Shown here: positions 8,667-16,634 of the stretch, piece after piece
Layout of the letters: the number at the start of each line of letters is the position of its first letter
How positions within the stretch are numbered: the first letter of the stretch is position 1
Virus record (IMG/VR): IMGVR_UViG_3300032068_000006
Coordinates: 1-29,085 of that record
Direction: 5' to 3' (one strand)
Length of the DNA stretch: 29,085 bases
Source: a virus
Taxonomy: Duplodnaviria > Caudoviricetes
Made by a program: the position numbers and the translations under genes
Notes under the pieces: generated by a model
The model's database searches: none
What the model saw: only the letters and a program-made list of their open reading frames with translations
What the model was told of the DNA's origin: nothing

Positions 8667-9161
8667 CTATTTGGCGGCGTAGATCTTGTCCCGGACCCGG
8701 GCCACCGCGGCCACGATTTGATCCCGCACCTGCGGGCCTGACTGCTCCACGGGCCGGTCGAAAAATCCCGGCCGCATTCCCTTCGTCTGCGTCCGCCACG
8801 TCCACGACCGCCGCGGCGTTCCGGATACGGCGAACACGGGGTGGGTGATGATCCCCGCGTTGCGCTGGTTCACCTTGCGCCCGCGGCCTCTTGAGAACAG
8901 GGCCGTCGGGGCACTTCCCACAAGTTCCACGCCGGGTTCGCCAGTGGTGCGCTTGGACACCCGCACCCGCAAGTCACCAGCCAGCACCCGGGCGTACCGG
9001 TCCGGCATGAAAGCCGCCAGGTGATCGACCCTTTGGATCTCTCGCGCCAAAGGCTTCGCCGCGTCGTCGAACGCCTTGTAAAGCTCCTTCCGCAGCCCCG
9101 TCTCCCCGGCATCCTTGAGCGCGGCGGCGAGGGCGGCGAACTCCACGGCGGCGTCAGCCAC
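8667..9161 (-). CDS. HK97 gp10-like neck or tail completion protein
   Basis: Start trimmed to GTG 9161 (GGGAGG RBS), 164 aa, basic. LAAALKDAGETGLRKEL...HPVF...RPGFFDRPVEQSGPQVRDQIVAAV pattern is typical of gp10-like proteins. Confidence 0.6.
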   Translation of the reverse strand: MADAAVEFAALAAALKDAGETGLRKELYKAFDDAAKPLAREIQRVDHLAAFMPDRYARVLAGDLRVRVSKRTTGEPGVELVGSAPTALFSRGRGRKVNQRNAGIITHPVFAVSGTPRRSWTWRTQTKGMRPGFFDRPVEQSGPQVRDQIVAAVARVRDKIYAAK

Positions 9162-9175
9162 TGGTGCCTCCCGGT

Positions 9176-9181
9176 TACGAT
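9176..9181 (+). promoter_or_regulatory. Putative -10 element (TACGAT) for a leaderless transcript of the antisense lipoprotein gene
   Basis: TAnnnT hexamer ends 6 nt before ATG 9188; no Shine-Dalgarno sequence is present; no convincing -35 element. Confidence 0.45.
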
Positions 9182-9187
9182 GCGTGC

Positions 9188-9412
9188 ATGAGAACCATCG
9201 GGGGAATCGTGGCAGCTGTGCTGCTGCTCGCCGCGTGCGGGGGCACCAGCAGCACAGCCAGCGTGACCGCATGTAAGCACGCGATGCGCGCCGAGTTCGC
9301 CGCAGCGGCATCCACCGGCGCCAAGGGCACCGAGCCCGCCGCGTGCAAGGGCCTGCCGGCGAAGACGCTGCAGCGACTGGCCGAGGAGATCCTCGGCAGC
9401 CAATTCGGTTAG
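9188..9412 (+). CDS. Small lipoprotein, antisense to the late operon
   Basis: MRTIGGIVAAVLLLAAC-GG gives a basic N-terminus, hydrophobic core and LAAC lipobox. 74 aa with two further Cys. Fills the gap between the gp10-like and tail tube genes exactly. Confidence 0.8.
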   Translation: MRTIGGIVAAVLLLAACGGTSSTASVTACKHAMRAEFAAAASTGAKGTEPAACKGLPAKTLQRLAEEILGSQFG

Positions 9413-9831
9413 ACGATCCCGCCGAGTGCAGGGTTATATTGCCAGATGCGTGAGGCTGCATTCCAGGTCGAGGACATGTTCACCCCACCGGCGATGGCAC
9501 CGTCGATGCTGTAGTCCGGCAGGATCGTCCCGAAATGGTACACGTTCGGGGAGTTCTGAATGTCGGGATACAGGTACATGTTCCGGGACAGGCCATCCGT
9601 GGACGCCGTGTAGGTCTGCGCGGTGGCGTCGTCCCAGAACCCGGAGAACTGCCCGGACGAGTCCGGCAGCCCGGCGACATAGATGAGGTTGCCGTCGCCG
9701 AACGCTGTCACGTCCTGCTTGTTGACGACCTTCGACAGCGACCAGGTCGCCTGGAACGCGCACGACGACGCCGCCGCCCCGTTGGTCACCGAGATGTACA
9801 CCGCGCCGTTGCGCCCATGATGCCGGACCAC
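9409..9831 (-). CDS. Major tail (tube) protein, non-contractile
   Basis: 140 aa. WSLSKVVNKQDVTAFGD...YVAGLPDSSGQFSGFWD...LYPD pattern is characteristic of siphophage tail tube proteins; position fits. Confidence 0.75.
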   Translation of the reverse strand: MVRHHGRNGAVYISVTNGAAASSCAFQATWSLSKVVNKQDVTAFGDGNLIYVAGLPDSSGQFSGFWDDATAQTYTASTDGLSRNMYLYPDIQNSPNVYHFGTILPDYSIDGAIAGGVNMSSTWNAASRIWQYNPALGGIV

Positions 9832-9840
9832 GTTTGTCTC

Positions 9841-10875
9841 CTAGTTGTCGAGCATTGCCAGGAGCTTCCTGGCGTGGCTGATGAACGTGCGGCCCTCAAC
9901 CGCCGCCCTGGCTTTCCCCGCCGCCTCTTCCGCGTCGCCCGGGTGCGCGAGCGCCCACCGGATCAGCTCCCCCGCTTCCTCCGGGCTGGTGAACGCGGGG
10001 AGCATGGGAAACAGCTCATCCGATTCGGGGCGCGGGTCGCGGGCGAACCACAGGCCGCACGCGGCCATTTCGATCTCCCGCGGCCCGCAGGCCCACCCTT
10101 CCCCGAGGTGGGCGTCTTCTGCTTCCCTGCGATACAAATTGAGGCCGGTGCGGGACTGCCGGTAGATGTCCGCCGTCTCCGTGTTGTCCACGCAGCCCTC
10201 GGGGTTGGGGTCGGCGTACTGGCGCAGCGGGGAGTCCTCCGGAAGGTCCAGCCACGGCCCCGCCAGCCGCACGTCCAGGCCGGACAGGTGCATCTGCTCG
10301 AAGAACCGCACCCGGGAGGGGAACCCGGTGCCGATGAACGAGAAGTCCCACAGCTTCGCCGCGCCCGGCGCCGGGTAATGCACCTGCTCCCGGTACGCGT
10401 GCGGCATGTACTCCGCCGGGCCCAGCTCCCGGTAGGCGTCAAGGTTGACCGGATCGTTGACCAGGTTCAGGTCGGCGTGCGCCGCCCGCACCAACTGTTC
10501 ATCATCTTGATACGGCGATTCTGAATGCAGCAGAACCACTTTGTGGCCCCGGCCGCGCATCTCGTCGAAGATCTGCGGCGGATAAAAGAACGCCGAGATA
10601 AGCAGGACTACATGCGGCCATATGCGCCACAACGGCTTATAGATGCCATCAGTGGCCAGGCCGATCGCCTGCTCCCGGGACACTGCCTTGCGAAATGCGT
10701 CGCGCCCGAACGAGTCCTCGCCCACTTTGAGCATGGTGCTGTCGTAGAACAGCAGGCGATCATCGAGGTTGTACGTGTACACGTCCTCGCCGAGCGCGCG
10801 GAGCGCTTCTACCCAGCCCGTATGCATGTCAGCGACGGAAAAGCTCGGGCCAGGATGCCCGACTAGCCAGCGCAT
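9841..10875 (-). CDS. Glycosyltransferase, GT-B fold, CgeB / Glyco_trans_1_2-like
   Basis: 344 aa. ESPYQDD, YMPHAY, DFSFIGTGFPSRVRFF, IYRQSRTGLNL, PREIEMAACG and RTFISHARKLL match the CgeB-like GT motif order. Confidence 0.8.
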   Translation of the reverse strand: MRWLVGHPGPSFSVADMHTGWVEALRALGEDVYTYNLDDRLLFYDSTMLKVGEDSFGRDAFRKAVSREQAIGLATDGIYKPLWRIWPHVVLLISAFFYPPQIFDEMRGRGHKVVLLHSESPYQDDEQLVRAAHADLNLVNDPVNLDAYRELGPAEYMPHAYREQVHYPAPGAAKLWDFSFIGTGFPSRVRFFEQMHLSGLDVRLAGPWLDLPEDSPLRQYADPNPEGCVDNTETADIYRQSRTGLNLYRREAEDAHLGEGWACGPREIEMAACGLWFARDPRPESDELFPMLPAFTSPEEAGELIRWALAHPGDAEEAAGKARAAVEGRTFISHARKLLAMLDN

Positions 10876-11291
10876 CAGGTGCCGACGTTAAGGATGAGCG
10901 AGCACGCGAGGTAGTCCACGCCGTTCCAGTTCATCAGCCCGTACCCGGTGGCCTCGATCACCGCGCAGTACGACACCTGGCCGCCCAAAGTGGGGTCCTT
11001 CTGGATCGCCGCGTGCACGGACAGGGCGCCGACGGGGGACAGGTAGGCGTCCATGGCATCCTGCCCGGACGCTGAGTCGCCCTCGGAGACGAGGATGACC
11101 GCCCGCAGGGTGTAGTCGGTTTCGCCGTCCATGGTGACCGCGTACCGGATCAGGCTGCCGGTCTGCGGGGCGACCACGGCCATCGGCGGGTTCACCGCGC
11201 CGAACCGGTTCGCCGTCGCGCGCAGCCCAATCGACGAGGTGAGGTACGTGGCGATCGCCTGCCGCACGGTGGGAAAGTCGGGCTGGGGCAT
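10875..11291 (-). CDS. Putative tail terminator / head-tail joining protein
   Basis: 138 aa, directly after the adaptor. VRQAIATYL..., AIQKDPTLGGQV and a terminal beta strand resemble actinophage tail terminators. Confidence 0.6.
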   Translation of the reverse strand: MPQPDFPTVRQAIATYLTSSIGLRATANRFGAVNPPMAVVAPQTGSLIRYAVTMDGETDYTLRAVILVSEGDSASGQDAMDAYLSPVGALSVHAAIQKDPTLGGQVSYCAVIEATGYGLMNWNGVDYLACSLILNVGT

Positions 11292-12185
11292 TTAGACGCC
11301 GATCCTTTGCCCGTTGATGTACCGGTGCAGCAGCCACATCACCTGCGGGTTCGACTGCACCCGCACCACCCCGAACTCCCCGAACCCGGCGACGCCGAAC
11401 GGGGCGTCTTTGATCCTGAAGATCTGCGCGCCGGCGATGATTGCGGCGTTTTTCACGTTCAGCGGCACCGCTGGCCAGCCGAACACGCCGGTGACCTGGA
11501 TGCGGTCGAGGTGGGACCACATCCAGGTGAACGGGAACAGCTTCCCTCCGGTGATGACCTGCGCGGCGGTGTAGGGCCACTGCTCGCCCTTCGCCGCTGC
11601 GTTGTACTTGCCGGGGGCGACTTCGAGGGCGTAGTCGGTGCCCTGGGTCCAGGTTTCCTCGAAGACGCCGTCGCCGTCCCGGTCCACCTTCAGCGACGTG
11701 ACGGAGACGAGGTCGTCGAGGGACTGCCGGGAGATCGACTCCGGGATGTACGTCCTGGTGTCGGTGCCGCGCCAGAAGTACCGGCCGGTGATCTCGTCGA
11801 TCGCGCGGGACGCCCCCGCGGCGGCCAGGCCCAGCTCGAAGTCATCGGAGGTGTCGGTGATGCCGAGCCGCGATTTCAGTTCTTCGACGGTGCAGTAGTT
11901 CTGGCCCAGCGCGACCGTGACAACGGTCCAGGTGCCGGCGACCGCGTCGGAGGCGGTGCCGGTGCCTTCCCACAGGTAGGTCCAGACGCCGGCGACGGTG
12001 CACGCGACGTTCGCTGTGTAGGTGCCGGCAGAGACGTGCGTCACGCTGGGCGCGGACGTCGCGCCAGTGGGGTCGGTGACGGTGAGTGTCACCGTGGACG
12101 GGTCGGTGGGGACACCGCTGACCTTGAAAATGTTCTGGAGGGTGGCGAACTCGTTCGCGTCCTGGTAGAAGACGGTCGCGGACAC
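11292..12185 (-). CDS. Head-tail adaptor (gp6/gp15-like) with extra N-terminal Ig-like domain
   Basis: 297 aa. C-terminal part has YCTVEELKSRLGITDTSDD...ASRAIDEITGRYF...GWPAVPLNVKNAAII. The first ~95 aa are Thr/Val beta-rich (TLTVTDPTG...GTYTA...GVWTYLWEGTG). Confidence 0.8.
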   Translation of the reverse strand: MSATVFYQDANEFATLQNIFKVSGVPTDPSTVTLTVTDPTGATSAPSVTHVSAGTYTANVACTVAGVWTYLWEGTGTASDAVAGTWTVVTVALGQNYCTVEELKSRLGITDTSDDFELGLAAAGASRAIDEITGRYFWRGTDTRTYIPESISRQSLDDLVSVTSLKVDRDGDGVFEETWTQGTDYALEVAPGKYNAAAKGEQWPYTAAQVITGGKLFPFTWMWSHLDRIQVTGVFGWPAVPLNVKNAAIIAGAQIFRIKDAPFGVAGFGEFGVVRVQSNPQVMWLLHRYINGQRIGV

Positions 12186-13235
12186 CTAGTCCTCCATCCA
12201 CTCCGGGTGCGCCAGCGTCCACGCCACGGTGCGGGCGAGAGATTCGGGGAACGGCACCGGCGGCTTCCACCCCAGCGCAGTGATCTTGGACCCGTTCAGC
12301 CCGTAGTGCGGGTCATGGCCCGGGCGAGTGGCGTGGTAGTCCTCCAGCTGGTACCGCAGCGGTTTGCCGGTGAGGTCGGCGGTCATCTGGGCGAGCTGCA
12401 GGTTGCTGATCCTGTCCGGGCCGACGATGTTGAACCGGTCGGGGCGGCCGGCTTTCGTCATCCCGTAGTGGTAATCCAGGTCAAAGTGCGCGGGGAACAT
12501 CGCCGGCGGCAGGTTCCGCAGGATGTACAGCATGGCGTCGGCGAGATTGCGGGCGTGCAGGTAATGCCTGGTGCCGATGTTCCCGGGGCGCCCGTGCACA
12601 GTGACTTTCTGCCCGCGGTGAATGCGCCGGATGAGCATCGGCAGGTACTTCTGCGGGTCCTGGCGCTCGCCGATGAGGTTCATGCAGTTGACCAGGGTCA
12701 CCGGTACCCCGTAGGTGCGCCAGTACGCGATGGCGATGGCTTCCTGCGCGGCCTTGGACGCGGAGTACGGGTTGGACGGCAGGATGGGCGCCCATTCGGG
12801 GTGCGCCTGCCCGGCCACCGTGGGCCCGTACACCTCGTCCGTGGACACCCAGATCAGGTGCGCGGGGGCGGCTTCCCGGGCGTATTCCAGCACGGACAGG
12901 GCGATGTCGGTGTTGTTGCGGGTGAAGGCCACGGGGTCGGCGATGGAGTCGTCCACGTGCGACAGGGACGCGACGGCGAGGACGTAGTCGACGGGGCCGA
13001 TCTTGTCCCGCAGCTGAGACGCGACGGGGGCGGCGAGGTCGTGCATGACCACGCGGGTGCGCTGCCGCCACTCCGGCGCCCCGTGCTCCAGCACCTGGCG
13101 GATGCGGTCCGTCTTCCCTTTGTGGCGGAAGGAGTCGGTGGCGGTGATCTCCCAGTCGCTCTCGTGGAGGAGGTGCTCGAGGACGTGGTGGCCGATGAAC
13201 CCGCCGGCGCCGGTGAGCAGGACGCGCTTAGTCAT
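12186..13235 (-). CDS. NAD-dependent NDP-glucose 4,6-dehydratase (RmlB/RfbB-like SDR)
   Basis: 349 aa. LLTGAGGFIG Rossmann motif, ASLSHVDDSI, STDEVYG catalytic Thr-Asp-Glu, PYSASK (YxxxK) and RPGHD. Confidence 0.9.
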   Translation of the reverse strand: MTKRVLLTGAGGFIGHHVLEHLLHESDWEITATDSFRHKGKTDRIRQVLEHGAPEWRQRTRVVMHDLAAPVASQLRDKIGPVDYVLAVASLSHVDDSIADPVAFTRNNTDIALSVLEYAREAAPAHLIWVSTDEVYGPTVAGQAHPEWAPILPSNPYSASKAAQEAIAIAYWRTYGVPVTLVNCMNLIGERQDPQKYLPMLIRRIHRGQKVTVHGRPGNIGTRHYLHARNLADAMLYILRNLPPAMFPAHFDLDYHYGMTKAGRPDRFNIVGPDRISNLQLAQMTADLTGKPLRYQLEDYHATRPGHDPHYGLNGSKITALGWKPPVPFPESLARTVAWTLAHPEWMED

Positions 13236-16200
13236 GTGACTCCCGGGGAAGAGGTGGCGAGGGCGGCGACGGACGTGGTGCCGTCACGCGGGTCGGACAC
13301 CCCCGCGGCGGAAGTGTCCGGGGCGGCGGCCGACGGGGTGCTGCGCGCCACCTGGAAGGGCGGTGCGGTGAACGGCGGCGGCGGCAGCGGCTGCTGCAGG
13401 TGCCGGAACTGCCGCAGCCACGTGCGGCCGGGGAGCACCTGCATGAGCGGCGGCGCGCTGATGGTGACGACGCTGGCGTCCAGCGCGGTGCCGGTGCCGG
13501 CGGCGGGGGCGGCGCCGATGGCGATCGACGGGGCCGGGTTCTGCCCGGTGCCGGTCGCCGCAGCGGTGCCGCCGTTGGTGGCGAGGGAGCTCGTGGCGCC
13601 CAGCGCCGCCGCGGTGGCGGCAGGGAGGCCCGCGTTCGGGGCGACTGACGCGATGTCCGCGCCGGTGTCCTGCCCGAGCGCGGTGCCGGTGGCCTGGGCG
13701 AGGCCGCCGGAGACGTTTGTGGCGGGCGCGGGGGCGGTGAACGCCGCGGGCTGCTGCGGGTGCTGGAAGTACTTCCGCCACACCGCGCCCGGGTAGGCGG
13801 CGTTCTGCGGGAGCACCACCTGGGCGCTGGCGCCCAGCGCCGCCCCGGTGGCGGCTGGCAGCCCGGCGTTCGGGGACACCATGGCGATGTCCGCGCCGGT
13901 GTCCTGCCCGAGCGCGGTGCCGGTCGCGGCTGGCAGCCCCGCGCCGGGGGCGACCGACGCGATGTCCGCGCCCGTGTCCTGGCCCAGGGCCGTCCCCGTG
14001 GCCGCCGGGAGGCCCGCGTTCGGGGACACCATGGCGATGTCCGCGCCGGTGTCCTGCCCGAGCGCGGTGCCGGTGGCCGTGGCGAGGCCGGCGGAGACGC
14101 TGATCCCGGTGACGACCGGTGCTGGGGGCACCGGCTGCTGCGGGTGCTGGAAGTACCGGCGCCACGTCTTTCCCGGCAGCGCGGGCTGCGCGGTGAACGG
14201 CGCCGGCGGCGCTGGCGGCCCCTGCAGCACCAGGACCCAGTCGGCGTTCCCGGCGCTGTTATTCCCCAGCGGCGTGCTGTTGTAGGTGCCGCCTGTCGCC
14301 GTGGCCGTGGTGGCGGCGGTGACCGGGTCCACCCAGGTGGCGGTGTACCCGGGGGCCAGCAGCGCCTGGTTGATCGTGATCGTGAAGAACTGGCCGCAGT
14401 AGATGACGGCCAGCGACCCGTCGGGGGTGATGCTGCCCGCGACGTAGTTGTCCGAGTCGCCGTATTTGGCGGGGTTGAACCCGGGGGCGTCGTTAGTGGT
14501 TTTCGTGCCGCGGCCGGAGGTGATGAACACGTTTCCCGTGTCGGGGATCAGCGTGTGCCACCCGGCCAGGCTAGTGAAGTACGTGGTGATGACACCGCAC
14601 GTGGACGTGACGAACGTGCCGTTCGGGTCGGTGGTGACGGCGGCGAGGGCACCGTTCTGCCACTGCCACACCAGGCCGTTGTTGGTGGACCCGGACGTGT
14701 CGTTGAACCCGCGGGCACCGGACGCGAGCGCCCACCACGTGAACCGGCGGATGGTGTAGTCGGCGATGTTCTGGGTGCTGGAGTTGTCCCCGTACCAGAC
14801 ACCGTCGCCCCACACGACCGGCTGCCGGCCGGGCACCGGCAGCTCGGTGTAGGACTTCTCCACCCCGTTGTAGGACGGGTCGTAGGTGTACACCCAGTTG
14901 TAGTTCGCGCTGGTCTCACCGAAGCCGCCGGGGAGGTAGACCGCGGTGGTGTCGAACTCGATGTGGGAGTTCGTTTCCGGCAGCTGCTCCACGCTGACGT
15001 GCCGCGTGTCGCCGGCGTCGGTGATGCCCGACAGCATCTGCGTGAAGAACGTGTCCTGGCCGCCGGAGCCGTCGTCGCCGAAGAAGAAGAACACGTTCGG
15101 GTACGACGCCCGCGGGTACCGGGCGACGATCAGGGCGCCGAACGTGTACGCCTGCGCCGTGGACAGGTTGAACCAGATGTTCGGCGACCCGGTGAAGTCG
15201 TACTGCATCCCCAGGTTCAGGTAACAGGAGATGCCGTTTTTCAGCGCCGACGTGAACAGGTAGTCGATCCGCTGCCAGAACGGGTCGTTCAGGGTGATCG
15301 TCTCAGACCCGGTGGTGATCTTCCCCGGCGTCCCGTTGACAACGATCGGGTAGATGCCGTCCCACGTGCGGCCACCGGACAGGGCGGTGGAATCGACGTG
15401 GTTGTCGGACCATGCGGTGCCGAACCAGGCGGTCATTCCCTGGGTGCCGCGGGCGGACATGTACCCGTCCATGTCGGCTTGCCAGTTGCCCGAGTTCCAC
15501 CGGCCCGCGTTCCACGGCAGCGCCCACGCCTGCTCCAGCCGCAAGATGCGCGGGTTCCCGAACTGGTCGGCGAAATACCCGGCCGGGGTGCCCGGGTGGG
15601 CGATCCGCGCGATGAACGGCGGTGACGTGGGGTTCGCGGTTGCGGTGGCCGTGGCGAGGCCGGCGGTTGCCCACGCTAGTGGCGGCGGCCCGGACAGTTG
15701 CTGCTGCTGCGGCCACTGGAAGTGCTTGCGCCACGTGCGGCCCGGGTTGAAGGTGGGTGCCGCCGGCGCCGACACCGTCACCACAGCAGGGCTGAGCGCG
15801 GTGGCGGTGGCCGTGGCGGTTGCCGGGGACGCGGTGACCATCACCGGCCCGGGCGGCTGCTGGCCGATGAACCCGGGGCGGCGGAACCGCTGCAGCCACG
15901 TCCGCCCCGGGATGGCCGCCGGCACCGGCACCGGCGGCGGCGGGGATGCGCGCACTTCGACGCCGACGGCGCCCCAGGCGTCGCTGGTGATGGTGTCGGT
16001 CAGGGTGACGCTGCCGCCGGCGGCGATCGTCGCGCCGGACAGGTTCGACGCACCGGACGCGGCGCTGACCTCGTCGTCGAACTGCTTGGTGCCGGAGGTG
16101 TAGGTGACGGCGGCGTTGGTGCCGTGCGCTTCGACGCTGACGGCCATGTTGCCGCTAGTGGTGCCGCCGACGGTGACGGTGGCGCTGGCCGAGTTGCCGG

Positions 16201-16579
16201 AGTTGGTGACAGCGGCACCGAACGCGGTGGCGCCGGTGAAGGAGATGCTGTTCCCGATCGCCTCGTCGGTCGGGTTCGCGGTTGTTTTGATCAGGACGGT
16301 GTTGGCGCCGCTGGCCTGCCCGGTGATCCCGTAGAGGAACACGGTGCCGTTGCCGGCGGCGTTGTTCGTCTGGATCGACCCGAGCAGCGTCATGGCGTTG
16401 CCGCCATACGTGGCCTGGCTGATCGTCGGGGCGGCGCCGGTGCTGCCCCACGTGAACCCGACGATGACGGTGCCGCCGCCGGTGCCGGCGGTGTGCGTCC
16501 AGGTCAGGAACGGTGTCGTGGACGGGGTGGTGGTGGAGAAACCGGTGGAGGAGCCTACGGCGTCAAAGGCGACAGCCAC
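13232..16579 (-). CDS. Large modular virion appendage protein with DUF4038/apiosidase-like hydrolase domain and Thr/Ala repeats
   Basis: 1115 aa, GTG start with GAGGTG RBS. N-terminal beta-rich domain. Central region YFADQFGNP...EQAWAL...NDPFWQRIDY...FFFGDD...IRRFTWWALASGARG followed by ATWVDP...DWVLVL matches the DUF4038 plus collagen-binding-like architecture. Five PGxxW motifs and 25-aa repeats. Confidence 0.7.
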   Translation of the reverse strand: MAVAFDAVGSSTGFSTTTPSTTPFLTWTHTAGTGGGTVIVGFTWGSTGAAPTISQATYGGNAMTLLGSIQTNNAAGNGTVFLYGITGQASGANTVLIKTTANPTDEAIGNSISFTGATAFGAAVTNSGNSASATVTVGGTTSGNMAVSVEAHGTNAAVTYTSGTKQFDDEVSAASGASNLSGATIAAGGSVTLTDTITSDAWGAVGVEVRASPPPPVPVPAAIPGRTWLQRFRRPGFIGQQPPGPVMVTASPATATATATALSPAVVTVSAPAAPTFNPGRTWRKHFQWPQQQQLSGPPPLAWATAGLATATATANPTSPPFIARIAHPGTPAGYFADQFGNPRILRLEQAWALPWNAGRWNSGNWQADMDGYMSARGTQGMTAWFGTAWSDNHVDSTALSGGRTWDGIYPIVVNGTPGKITTGSETITLNDPFWQRIDYLFTSALKNGISCYLNLGMQYDFTGSPNIWFNLSTAQAYTFGALIVARYPRASYPNVFFFFGDDGSGGQDTFFTQMLSGITDAGDTRHVSVEQLPETNSHIEFDTTAVYLPGGFGETSANYNWVYTYDPSYNGVEKSYTELPVPGRQPVVWGDGVWYGDNSSTQNIADYTIRRFTWWALASGARGFNDTSGSTNNGLVWQWQNGALAAVTTDPNGTFVTSTCGVITTYFTSLAGWHTLIPDTGNVFITSGRGTKTTNDAPGFNPAKYGDSDNYVAGSITPDGSLAVIYCGQFFTITINQALLAPGYTATWVDPVTAATTATATGGTYNSTPLGNNSAGNADWVLVLQGPPAPPAPFTAQPALPGKTWRRYFQHPQQPVPPAPVVTGISVSAGLATATGTALGQDTGADIAMVSPNAGLPAATGTALGQDTGADIASVAPGAGLPAATGTALGQDTGADIAMVSPNAGLPAATGAALGASAQVVLPQNAAYPGAVWRKYFQHPQQPAAFTAPAPATNVSGGLAQATGTALGQDTGADIASVAPNAGLPAATAAALGATSSLATNGGTAAATGTGQNPAPSIAIGAAPAAGTGTALDASVVTISAPPLMQVLPGRTWLRQFRHLQQPLPPPPFTAPPFQVARSTPSAAAPDTSAAGVSDPRDGTTSVAALATSSPGVT
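13843..14100 (-). repeat. Coding tandem repeat, 75-bp unit (about 3.5 copies) plus one detached copy near 13650
   Basis: GCGATGTCCGCGCC..TGTCCTG starts at 13884, 13959 and 14034 (75-bp period) and at 13650. Encodes AGLPAATGTALGQDTGADIA(M/S)V(S/A)P(N/G). Confidence 0.9.
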
Positions 16580-16634
16580 CCCGGGTCACCTCACCGTCGC
16601 GGGGGCGGGGACAGAAGGATGGCCTCCCCGTGCG

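Noticed and set aside
2046-12185. Contractile injection system or tailocin
   Set aside because: There are no sheath or baseplate wedge genes, and a full head packaging module is present.
13610-14100. Repeat array as a possible CRISPR or DGR repeat
   Set aside because: Units are contiguous, in-frame 75-bp coding repeats without unique spacers. No cas or reverse transcriptase gene is present and no adenine-specific variation is apparent.
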